A DNA stretch of 64,000 bases from a virus. The stretch's first letter is position 1. The number at the start of each line of letters is the position of its first letter. The stretch spans positions 1 to 64,000 of IMG/VR virus record IMGVR_UViG_3300047510_001751; one strand, 5' to 3'. Position numbers and translations under genes: made by a program. Under the pieces are notes generated by a model that saw nothing but the letters and a program-made list of their open reading frames with translations, was not told where the DNA came from and searched no databases. Positions 1 to 11,900 of this stretch are shown here, in pieces.

Positions 1-407
1 CCACCAGAAACTAAAATTGCCGTTCCCGAATTATTTAAAACTCCAGTAGCACCACCACCACCACCGCCGCCGCCAGAATAACCTCTACCTCCACCAGCAT
101 TGCCTCCTCTTCCGCCAGAAGCAAGGCTACTAGATCCACCAGCACCGCCACCAGTTCCTGTAGCATTATTAGCTCCATTGTTACCAATAGCACCAATAAC
201 TACAGTTATGTTTCTATTTACAAAATTAGTAATGTACCTAAAAACGCCTCTTCTTCCTCCAGCACCAGGACCACCACTACTGCCGCCATCAACACCGCCG
301 TTACCTCCTCTAGCGCCAGCAATAGTAATGGTTACAGCATCAGCATTGCTTGGAATGCTAACAGCAGAATTGCCAGTATAAGTATTACTTACGTTAGTTC
401 TAGACAT
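1..407 (-). CDS. Glycine-rich virion/tail-fibre-associated protein (partial, runs off window start)
   Basis: ATG at 407-405 just after stop of upstream tail-collar gene; reads MSRTNVSNTYTGNSAVSIPSNADAVTITIAGARGGNGG...GGGGGGGATGVL. Confidence 0.8.
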   Translation of the reverse strand, partial: MSRTNVSNTYTGNSAVSIPSNADAVTITIAGARGGNGGVDGGSSGGPGAGGRRGVFRYITNFVNRNITVVIGAIGNNGANNATGTGGGAGGSSSLASGGRGGNAGGGRGYSGGGGGGGGATGVLNNSGTAILVSG

Positions 408-413
408 CTGTTA

Positions 414-1295
414 TCAAATTTTGATAATAAATTCTACCATCATATAAGGAGAAATAGCAGTATCAAGTTTTTTAACGTTTTCTGTAGTAATAATAACTTC
501 ACTTTCTAATCCGTCAGCTGCTATCTGAGTGTTAAAAAATTCATATGCAAAAGTTGTATTATCTTTTAATTCTTTTGATGCTGGTAATTGTATTCCGTGA
601 GTGTGATCTACAGTAAAACCAGCGCCATCTGGAGGTTCAATTGTTATGAGAACGTTAGATCCTTCCGTTTGAGCATCGTTACCACCTTTTCCTCCACCAG
701 TAAATTGGATAAATGAAGAGTCTGTCCAATTTCCTAGGTAAGTAAATACACCAACATCAGCATCATGACCGTGAGCCTGAAAATTTTCTTCTGACAGTGG
801 AGCATTTAAAGTGGCACCAGTAGAAGTTTTATAAATCGGGTTTCCGCCAAAAGCATTTTCTTGTCCAATGACTTCAAAATTACCACCATATCTAATTGTT
901 ACAGAATCTCCTACCAAAGATTGAATGATTGTTTCAGCACCTACTTTTAATGTTGTTTGATCTTGATCTAAAGTAGTATTTAAATATTGCCCAGATGAAT
1001 TAGCACATCTAATATATTTTGAACCCAAATCTGGCAATTGAAATTGATTATCAGTTAGAATATCTTGTTCTTTGGCAAATTTACAATTATTACCAGTTCC
1101 CAATACAACGGCTAATTCTGGATACACACTAGCAGAAAGAATACTTCCATCACATCTTAAATATCCAGCAGGCAAAAATTCTCTCCATTCTGCCTGATCT
1201 GGGATATTTACATCTGGCAATTTAATCATAAAAGGCATGATTAAACCTGTAATTCCACCAAATTTTGCTTTTTCTCTAGTATAATACTTAGCCAT
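414..1295 (-). CDS. Phage tail-collar domain protein
   Basis: G-x-IMPF...PAGYLRCDGS-x5-YPELA-x-VLG...F-x-LPDL tail-collar motif. Confidence 0.8.
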   Translation of the reverse strand: MAKYYTREKAKFGGITGLIMPFMIKLPDVNIPDQAEWREFLPAGYLRCDGSILSASVYPELAVVLGTGNNCKFAKEQDILTDNQFQLPDLGSKYIRCANSSGQYLNTTLDQDQTTLKVGAETIIQSLVGDSVTIRYGGNFEVIGQENAFGGNPIYKTSTGATLNAPLSEENFQAHGHDADVGVFTYLGNWTDSSFIQFTGGGKGGNDAQTEGSNVLITIEPPDGAGFTVDHTHGIQLPASKELKDNTTFAYEFFNTQIAADGLESEVIITTENVKKLDTAISPYMMVEFIIKI

Positions 1296-1296
1296 A

Positions 1297-2907
1297 TTAA
1301 TATGCTCTAATTAAATTTGTTACTGATAAAGATGGCGAAGTTAAAGTAAAAGCTATCTGTAAAGCTTCGGGAACATTATCAGGAATAACATTTGGTTGGC
1401 AATCAACAGAAATAAAATCTTTGATGTTTAAATTTCCTGGGTCATATGTCACCAAAAATTCACCTTCGTGATCGTGTGGTTCAATAACATCATTTATAGT
1501 AGAATCATTTTTAGTTGTAACCGTAAAGCTAACAGCAGCATTATTATACAAAGTTTTTTTAAAATTATCTGCTAAATCGCTACCACCTCCACCAGAATCA
1601 TAATTAGGTTGTTTAATCGGAGAAACATCATCAGCAAAAGGAAGAATGCTATTAACGTTTAATCTTCCACTTGTTCTAATATTTATTAAGTCGGACGTTT
1701 CTGTTTCTCCTGATGCTCTTGATCTTAATTTTTTGGCAGATGTAAACCAAGGTTTTCCTACACCATGAGAAGCAGCACTTGTTTGAATAGGTGAGTGTGT
1801 TCTTGCTGGCTTTGATCCACCAATGACTGCCAAAGCATATCTACCATAACCTTGAGTAAATGGACTATTAGATGATCCAACCGTAGCTTGATTACTATTT
1901 TCCCCTGTTTGATCTCCCCAATAATTAGCAATACCAGTGCTTTCTAAAGGACCATCTGGATCACAATTATTATTAAAACAGAAGTCATTTGGACATCCAT
2001 TGTTTTGTCTGTATGTCTGAGATAAGAATATCTGTGGGTTATCCCAAACACCAACACCCGTTCCAGGCTGAGTGTCGGAATCATTTTTATTGATTGTTTC
2101 GTATGTTCCTGGGTGAACGTGCTGAGGCATATGATTTCTGCCTAGCTTACGAGGGACAACGTATACAGATCTCACATCAAAACCACCAATAAAAGTTTGT
2201 CCTTCTATTGTTCCTTGAAAATATGAATTTCCTATGGCATCAACTGTAATAGTAACATCTCCACCGCCGCCAATAAGAGAACCACTAATTGTTAAAGTAT
2301 CTCCTTGAGTATAACCTTCTCCTTTATCTTTAATAGCTACAGAATATGCTCCATCACTTGCAACAATAACATTAAATATTGCTCCTTCTCCAGTTCCACC
2401 AGTAGAAGAAATATTTTTAAATACTTGAGTAGACCCACCAGCAGTTCCAGATCCAGTTGTTGTGTACGAAGCAATAAAACCGTCTGGATCTGGAGTATAG
2501 GTAAAATTAATATCAGTTGTAGCAAAAAATGATGATGGTGGTCCTAAATCACCGTCATCCCCCATAAATTCAGTAACTATGTTGGCAGCAGCACTATCAT
2601 CAATAGAAGAAGGAGCTATGCTAGCACTGGCATTAAAATGCTCTGGACCAATATCGGCAAGAGTTTTTTGATTAACAATCGGCAATCTGAAAGTGCCTTC
2701 ATAATCTGGAAATGATCCATCAAATCCAGTACCACCGTAACTGTCTTTTAAAATTCTAGCTAATAGAGGATATTCATCAGCTCTTAATTCAGCTCCATTA
2801 CATAATAGCCACCCTTTAGGTATTCTTGTTAATTGGCCAGTCCAAGGCATTACCGAACCAATCGGTAATGCCTTTTGTGTTCTTACAGCGTTGTAATTTC
2901 TTGGCAT
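1297..2907 (-). CDS. Tail-collar domain protein (short tail fibre/baseplate-like)
   Basis: PIGSVMPWTG...PKGWLLCNG...YPLLA...YGG...FRLP tail-collar motif; Gly-rich body. Confidence 0.8.
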   Translation of the reverse strand: MPRNYNAVRTQKALPIGSVMPWTGQLTRIPKGWLLCNGAELRADEYPLLARILKDSYGGTGFDGSFPDYEGTFRLPIVNQKTLADIGPEHFNASASIAPSSIDDSAAANIVTEFMGDDGDLGPPSSFFATTDINFTYTPDPDGFIASYTTTGSGTAGGSTQVFKNISSTGGTGEGAIFNVIVASDGAYSVAIKDKGEGYTQGDTLTISGSLIGGGGDVTITVDAIGNSYFQGTIEGQTFIGGFDVRSVYVVPRKLGRNHMPQHVHPGTYETINKNDSDTQPGTGVGVWDNPQIFLSQTYRQNNGCPNDFCFNNNCDPDGPLESTGIANYWGDQTGENSNQATVGSSNSPFTQGYGRYALAVIGGSKPARTHSPIQTSAASHGVGKPWFTSAKKLRSRASGETETSDLINIRTSGRLNVNSILPFADDVSPIKQPNYDSGGGGSDLADNFKKTLYNNAAVSFTVTTKNDSTINDVIEPHDHEGEFLVTYDPGNLNIKDFISVDCQPNVIPDNVPEALQIAFTLTSPSLSVTNLIRAY

Positions 2908-2908
2908 T

Positions 2909-5900
2909 TTAGATTTCCATTAACCACCAACCTTGTTGTGAAGGAGGAGCACCAGTAGTAGTTCCATCATAATTTAATGCTCCAACGTATACTAACCCAA
3001 GACCAGCATTTGGAGATTGTACTACTAGTTCACCACCATTATATGTAGAACCGATAGAAGGTCCTTGTCCAGAATTTGTACTATCACCCTGTACACGAAC
3101 ACCAGTTGGTCCTCTAAATCTCAAGGAAATATTGTATGTTAGGTTTCCACCAACATCAACTACTCTAATAATATCACCTGTTGTTGGATTTTGTGGAAGC
3201 TTGACAATAGTATCGGCACTAGGAGCAACGAAGTAATTCACATTAGATACAGCCTCGATAACATCTTCTCCACCACTGACATATACCCACTTTCTGGCAC
3301 CAGATGGAGTAAAGAATCCAGTAACTCCAGCAAAATCCATTGATCCATCGTTGCCGATTTCAAATAGTTTTTGCTCTAGAGTTCCACCATCACCATCACT
3401 AACAATCTTGTTGACTGTTAGATCGCCACCGTTAATCTTAACATCGCCAGAGAATGTGCTGAGGCCAGTTCCTTCTACAGATAGGGTTCCAGAAATTGTT
3501 AGGTTTCCAGTGCTATTCTGTAAGAATAGTTTCTGACCAAATACAAGTCCGCCGTCGCCATCATCAACAGGATTATTGTCAGTAATTAGTAAATTACCGC
3601 CTCTCAATGTAGTGTTGGATGTAGAACCTTGTACAGTAAATCTATCACAGTTAGCACCACCAATACCAAGATCACCAAAGATACATGTATTGCCAGTAGC
3701 ACTATCAACAGCAAACCTTTGACTGGTTCCATTAGTAATAACTAAACGTTCTTGGTTTGTAGTTGTTGATCCAATTAATGTAAATGTCTTATTAACATTT
3801 AAAGTTCCAAGAATGTCAGTATTGCCTGTGGTTGAATCTACTACAAATACTTCAGTTGCTGGATTACCACCATCATTGATAACAAATTTCTGGTTTGTCG
3901 TTTGGTTGATAGCATTTACATTAGCTAGTTCTCCGTCACTAAATCTCAAAATATCGCCAGAAATTACAGATCCGCTGAATACACCAGTTTGAATTGTCTG
4001 TATAGTTCCAGAACCTGGATTATTCAATCCATTTTCTTCATTAATAAAACTTACATCATTTGCTAGAGTATATTTAACAAGAACAGCATTATCTGGGTGA
4101 TCAGTTCTTAGGTAACGATAAGTTCCAGTGGAAGATCCTACATTTGGTCCAGAAACCATTAGCTGATCGCCAGTAAGAGCATTTCTTGCTCTTCGGACTT
4201 TAATTCTTAGTGGCAGATCGGAAATATCATTTAAATTAGTTAATTCAATAACTTGTACAAGTTCGCTATATTGTTCGCCAACTGGAGAAGCTGTAGTATT
4301 TTGACCTGTTACTTGGAGAGAACGATCAATAAGGACATAATCACCAATACCAAATTGATTGAAGCTTTCCTCCCCAATAGGTAAGAAATATTCTTCTGGA
4401 TTAGCTGGGTTAACTTGATACTCACTTCCGCCCCATAGTGATAGACCTTGAGTATCAATGGTTCTTTCAATTTCAACTTTTTTGAAAATATCGACATTTA
4501 AATTATCAATATTTCCTCTGGAATGTAATGTAGTAGGAGTTCCAAAAGATCCTCTTCTTACAGTGAAAGCACCAGCGTTTAAACCACCAATTAATGTAAT
4601 ATCACCTTTAATTTCGGCGGCGTTTTCAGCAACAAGAGTATTGTTAATCGTCGTGAAACCACCAGCTCCACCAATCTTTAATCTTGTTACAGACGTAGCA
4701 AAATCAAGTGTAGAAACGTTTCTACTGAACATCTCAAGTTCTCTAGAATTAACTTGGAACTCAGAAAATCCAGTGCCAGGAGGATTATATGTACCAATTG
4801 TTAAATTACCATCAATTTCAGTGAATCTATTTTTAATATTAAATAAACTTTCTACGTTACTGAGTTTTCCATAAGCACCACCCATTCTGATAATGCTGGT
4901 GTTAGTATTTGTTTCAGATACTGTACCAATATCAATTAAGGAATTAGTAGATCCACTATGAATCCAAAGTTCTGTAATTGGAGCAAATCTACCAACGTTT
5001 ACTACTTGAGTATTAGAAACATTACCAACGTTAATTGTCTGATCTTCATTTGTAATATTACCTATGTTTAACTCTTCAGCAACACTAAAAGCATTTACAG
5101 AAGTAGCAACCGTATCAATTAAATTAAACGCTGTGCTAGTAGTAGTTAATGATCCACCATTTATCGCCAAATTAGATTCTAATTTAAGATCATTTGTAAT
5201 TCTAGCATTACCCTTGACTACAAAATTTCTATCTAATTCAGCTAGTGTAGTGTTAATACCAATTCTACCACCAACATTTGAAGCAGTTACTGCAGTTGTT
5301 GAAGCAACACGAAGAACAACTTCGTCGTCTGGAGTATTTACTCTCGGGTCAAAACCTACAATGAAAGCATGATCAACTTTATTAAATGTTCTATTTGCTA
5401 GAAGTGGGTTATCAATAAAATTATTTGGTGTTGTACTTAGAGTTCTACCACTAATGAAAGCATTGCCAACTACGTCTAAGTTTGCTCTAGGATCAACTGC
5501 TTCGGATACAAATCCTTCTAATTGATCCCCACCACTACCATGCTTTGCTCTAGAAAGAGTGTTAATTCCTAGCTTAAAGTCACCATAGTTATCAGTATTT
5601 GTTCTAATTGTTTCGGCACCTAGAACTCCAAATTCTTTCCAAGAATTTCTAGAAATTTCAATTTTCCAGTCAGCTGGAATAATTGTTGGATCATCAATAC
5701 TGGTAGAAATAATAAATGGAGATGTTACTTGGAATTTATTAGTTGTAACTGTGCCAACTGTTCTTAGTCCATTTAAATTAGCAAATCTTCCAGTAAATCC
5801 AGTAATTTTTAATTTAGAACCTTGGACAATTCCAATATCAGCATTAGTTACACCAACTTGTAGTGTAAATTCAACAACATTAGAACCAAGAGCAGTAACA

Positions 5901-8900
5901 GTAAATACACTCTCAGTTACTTCATCGTAGAAATTGCTGAAAATCCAACCAAGAGATCCAGTTTTGTCTACTTGATTTCCTTTTAGAAGGATATCGCCTG
6001 GAATTGGAGAAACAGAACCAAATTCAACATTTAATCCAAGAGTATTTAATTCTTGATTTGGAGTATAATTTGATGGAACATTACCGTTTGTTTGATCTAC
6101 ATGTGTTCTAATGCTGTAGTTTTGACCACTTAAAGCAGTATTTCCTCTTGGGTTTAAAGTAAAGATAGCAGAATAAATGTTATTCTTGCTAAGTACAATA
6201 TTGCCTTCAGAAGGAATGTCACTTAAAGCAAATGTAGCACTATCTAATGTTACATCTTCACCAGCAGCAGAATTCAAGTTAGAAACTACAGTTAGAGCGA
6301 ATGGCTCCTGTGGTTCTACATTGATTGTAACTGGATTATTAAAATTGGCATCACCATCTACAGTAATATCTCTCTCAAATACTACAGGTAGTTCAAATGT
6401 AGTTACTAGACCGCCGAGATCTCCCTCTTCATCATCAGAAGAAACTAGCTCAGCTTTTTCAAGGAATGTTTCTTCGCCAGTGATAGCGTTGATCTTTCTA
6501 TTACCAATATAAAGATCGCCGTTAGAGTTTAGACCAGTGTAGAATACAATACCACCATCTTCACGCTTAGACTGAGCATAGAAGTCTTGAATATCTGAAA
6601 GAACAACTTCCTGACGTAGTGGGAAGCCAGTTGAGTAGTTACCAGGACCAAATCCTAAGTATTCAAACGTATGGTTTCCAGAACGAGCAATAGATGGACG
6701 ACGAAGTTCTACATATAGTCTATTTTCTGTTGGATATGGAGAATCACCTGAAATAGGAATTAATCTGTCTTCAGATCCAGAAGTAGCATTACCAGACTGA
6801 GCAGTAATGGCATTTGTAACATAATCATATCTATCAAGTGCTGGATTATTAATAAAATCTAAAACAACTTCTTTAGTTTCACTATTCTTTGAATCGTTTG
6901 TTGTTACAAGACCATGTACAAAGTTATCAGCAGCACAAATTGTAGCAGGAACATCAGTAATTGACGTATCTCTCGTACCATCTGGTCTTACTTGGAACCA
7001 TAATGGATCATTCTTATAATCTAATGGATATAATTGAGAAATTGGTTGGCTGAATTTAAAGTTTCTGAAGTTTGTACCAACACCAGGACCAGTTGGATAT
7101 GGAGAAACATTTCCTTTAATACAAGTTAGATAGTAAATACCAGCTTGTTGATTAGGAATACGGCGTTGAATTTCATCAATGTCAAAAATATAGAATGAAT
7201 CTTCGATCTCCCCAGCATCTTCAACAGAAATAATTCTGTACTGGGTGCTATCATCGTCTTCGATAATATCACCAGGAGTCATTGTTAATACATTAGCATC
7301 CTTAATACTGTATAGATAATCTTTTCTATCAGACTTACTAAGTGTATTATTTGGGCTTCCTACACTATTTTCTTTAGCTTCTAAAGTAGCAAAAATTACA
7401 ACAGCATTGCCGTTGCCATCAAATACTGGTTCCCCGTCATTATCAAGAACAGGTTGTGTGAACACAGTATCTACCAATGAATTGTATTCAATTCTCTTAT
7501 TATCATCAATATTTTTGATAATTAAATAATGTTCATCGGTATCTTCAACATTAAAATAACCTTGTAGATAACCAGAACCAGCGGAGAATCCAGACCAAGT
7601 AATTCTGTTATTAGATACACTACTTAAAGTGTTGAATCTAAACGATCCACCCTGAGGGGCATTAATTTTAACAGTAGTGAATTTCTCGTTTCTTAACTGA
7701 TCGTTAGTAATACCATAATCAAATACAGTTAGCTCAAGATAATTTGAACCTTCTACTTCTACTTGACGAGCAGACTGAATGCTAAACGATACTTTACTCT
7801 GGGTTTTGTCACTATCAACTACTTTTACTTGATTAATATTATAGGGATCATAAGCAAAATTAATATCTAGTTCATTCTTAGGAAGACCTAATTGCTGAGC
7901 AATTGTTCCTCCAGTTGGTTGTTGTACTTGAATTTCAAAATAAGCTAGATCAGGTGATCCAGAAGCAACGGGAGAAAGAACAATTCTTTGTGGTAAAAGT
8001 TTTCTAGTTTCGTCAGTTCTTGCTTTGAGAACAAATCCATTAAGAGGATCACGAACACCTTGAGCATACTCAGGAATTACATAACGTAAACGATAAATTC
8101 TATCCTGAGCGTTTCTGCCGTCTTTAAGTCTCTTATAGAAAGTATTTTTACTTCTAGCATCTTTTAATGTATCACCAAGCTCTTGAATTCTTTTAATAAT
8201 GTTAAAATTATTGCTAATTTCATTTTTTGTATTAATATACCATTGACCAGTTGTTGTATCTGAATTAACTAAAGCAGCATCAAACTTAACTGGGCTTTCT
8301 CTTTTATCAGAAAATACGTAGAAATTTTTACCAAAACCTGGAGTAAAAATAATTCTAGGTGTTCCAGCGATAGCTTCAGCAGAACTATAAAATAGAGCAA
8401 ATGTTTTTGGAGTTACAAATCTAGCGTAGTAGTACGTAGTAGTATCAATTGGTTCAGTAATGCCAGCATTAGTAATTTGAGGTAGTTCTGATTCGCTAGG
8501 ATCACCAAAAGTTCTAAAGAATACTTTATGTACTGTATCCGAAGAAGAAGGTACATCAAAAATATGAGGAACGTCTGTTTGAATTACATCAGTTTGACCA
8601 GTAACAAAGTTACATAGGTATTGATGTAAGTCGTATGTATCATCTAATACATATTGCTGAAGTTCAATTTCTACATCAGGATCTATAGAATCAGTTTCTG
8701 ATGAATAGATGTAAATGCCAGCAGCTGCGTTTTCTTTAGTTCTGGCAAGCATAATCTTAGTAGATTCATCTGATCCAAAAGTATTTGGATATTTTACTTC
8801 ATCCGAATAATCTTCTGGAGAAGTTGCTCTGCCAGGAGCAATTACATAGTAAATTGTATTGGTTTCAAATCCTCTAGGAAGTCTAATTACTCTCTTGTCT

Positions 8901-11900
8901 GGATTAGTTCCTTCCCTCGCTTTGGGTACTAGACGAACTGCCGTACCAGTTTCAAATTTATGTGGATTAGAAGTGCCACCACCAGTATTTACTGTAAATA
9001 AAGTTGATCTAGAAGCAAGATTAGCTGTATCAAGAACTGGTTCAACTCGTGTTACATTATTAAATTCTGGTTCAGTTCTATTAATTCCTATCAAATCTCC
9101 AGGATCAGCATCAGTTCCAATAGCTTGAGTTAAAATACCAGCAAATGTTGTAATTGTGCTGGCAACATCAGCACAATCATTTGCTGGATCATATACCCCA
9201 GCTTCACCAGAAATATCACCAATAACAGTGTTATCTATTACTTGAGATAAATTGTGATCACCTTCAATAGTAATCACTTGATTTTTCATTGCTTGAATAG
9301 CAAGATCTCTTACTTCAACATAAACTTGAATAGCTTGAGGTCTTTCTCCAGATAAAATATTTGGCTGAAGTACATATTCTCTAGAAAAATCATATACATC
9401 ATTATTTCCACCAAATTTAACATTGTAAGCAATAGCGTCAACAAAAAGTCTTACATCACTAATAAATTCTGGGTAAAAACTGGATAAATTAAATCCAGAA
9501 TTATCTCCAAGCATTCTATCAATTGCTTCTTGTACAATTAATTCTTTGTTGGAAAGAATTAAATTAGAAGCATCGATTTCTCTGCCGCCCAATGGCGTTA
9601 ATCCTTGGTTAAGAATTAAGAAAATATTTACAAAATATTCTTGAATAGCATTAGCTACATTTGAACACTCTGGATATCCATTTCCTTCAGTAGGACCCCA
9701 AGTGCTTACATCTTGAATTAGAGTGTCATCTTTGATGGCTGGAGTAGCTGCCCAAGTTCCTTGTAAGTTTGAATCACTATCAATAATAGAAGCTGTTTTG
9801 GGGAATTGAAAATACAAATAAGCAGAAGAAGAATTTAAATTAGCAGGTACACTCAATCCTTCATCTAATTTACTTCCAATATTTCCTAATTCAATTCTAG
9901 TTGAATCGACAATTCTCTTAACATAAACATTATTAGGAATTACTGGATTTATTTGAACAGGGGTAGCAAGAGGATTTAATTTACCATTAGTAAAATTAGC
10001 TATAGTGTAATCATATTGAGTAACTTTCATACCAACAAGAATACCACTAGTATCACCAATATCTACAATAGCAGATCCTTGGGTAGTAATACAATTTCTG
10101 ATGAGATAATCATAATTTCTCATCGCTGCTATACAAAGATTCTTAACGTAATCTAACGCTTCAATAGTTTCGTTAAGTTCGTTAGGAATATAAGCTAGCT
10201 GACCACCAATATAATAACCTTCAGCAGCCTGAATGGTGTTAATATTACCACCAAGTCTCAAATCCTGAACAACAGCATCTACAAAATAACCGATATCTCT
10301 TTCACACTTAGAAATATTAATTGTTGTCTTGGTAGTAAGTTCAGGATACTTTTGAAGAATGTATCCATAAGCTTCTTGCTGAATAAATGTTTTGTTGGTT
10401 TCAATAATATTTGAAGCATCCTGTGCTCTGTTATCAATTGAAATACCATCGGGATTTAAAGTTTCTAAAGCTACAGTATATCTCTTAAAGCCATTAGGAG
10501 TAACAGTAGAGAAATAATTCTCTGTTGTTCCTGAAGGAGATTTTAGCTTTAAAAATATTTTTTCGTCTGTTTTAGCACCAAGTCTATAACCGCTAATTGA
10601 TGTTGATGGCCTATCAAAAGGACTATATGAATCATCGCTACCATAATATAGTTTAGTTTGATTAGTTACATCTTTTGATGGCTGCAAAGCAATAGAATAA
10701 TACTTTAATTCCGTTTCATTAAAGGCACTATCATCAACTTCTTTTACAGGAATAATATCAGTAATGTAACCACCTTTATCCTGGTTGAAAGAGAATCCTT
10801 TAAATCCTACAGCGTGGAGTGAAGTGTTACCAAAGTTAGAGTTGGAGTTGGTGATAGACATATCACCGCCAGATTCCATCAAGAAGTGATCAAAGAATCC
10901 TACAGCAAATACCGAAACACACTGAATGAAAGAATCATCAGAAGCACGGATGTGGAAATTTCTCCAATCATCTTTCCAGTAAGCATCACCTTTGGTATGG
11001 TAAGGAATCGTAGCAAAAGCGTCTGTTAATGATGCTTGATTCCAAGTATTAGAGAACTCGTCATAACGAATAAATGCTCTATCATCTCTTTGTAGAGAAA
11101 CACCAGTATACTGGGCAACAACCATCGACTTGAATCCAGTTGCTTTAGATCCATCTGCCCACATACCACACTGACCCCAGGTGGAACGAATAGAACAGTT
11201 AAAAACGTATGGTGAAGCGGATTCTACAGAGTCAATTTCTGCCTGTGATCTAGCACTCAAATTTAATGATGGTGTACTGGAATTACTGTATCCAGTTTCA
11301 TTAATATCAAGACCTAAAATTGCTGGGGTAGTAGCAACTTCATACTCAAATACTCGGGGATCTTCTTGATCAACAGCAGTTACTTTGAAAGTACCATTTA
11401 ATAAATCATTGAGACCATTATCTACAATAGCAACATACTGATTTACAAAATATCCATGAGCAATTTTAGTAGTAGCTACAATTATAGTCTTAGATGGATT
11501 TGTTGACTGCTTAAGTCTAAGGTTTACAATGCTTCTTGTATCAGAAAGAGGACCCACAATTCTATTTTCTTGTGGTAGAGCCTCTAAGTCACCATCATCA
11601 ATTGTTGGTTGGAATAAAGCAAAAGCAGTAGCAACTTTGTTGTAATACAGATCTAGATCATCTAGATCAGCATACGTCATGATGGTGATCTTGTGGTGTG
11701 AATACTCAGGTACTGCTAATTGAGTATTATTTCCTTTCTGGAAATACACTTTACCAACTCTATCATTACTATCATAAAGAGGAGAATTTTCTGATAAATC
11801 TCCGTCCTTGATGGTAAATTGCCAAATATAACAACCACCAGTTAGATTAAAGATCGAAGTTCTTTCCTGAGTGCCGTCAGCAGGATCGGGGACATAAAGA

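Noticed and set aside
100-381. Plus-strand Pro-rich ORF
   Set aside because: Antisense shadow of the Gly-rich minus-strand gene (GGN codons read as CCN).
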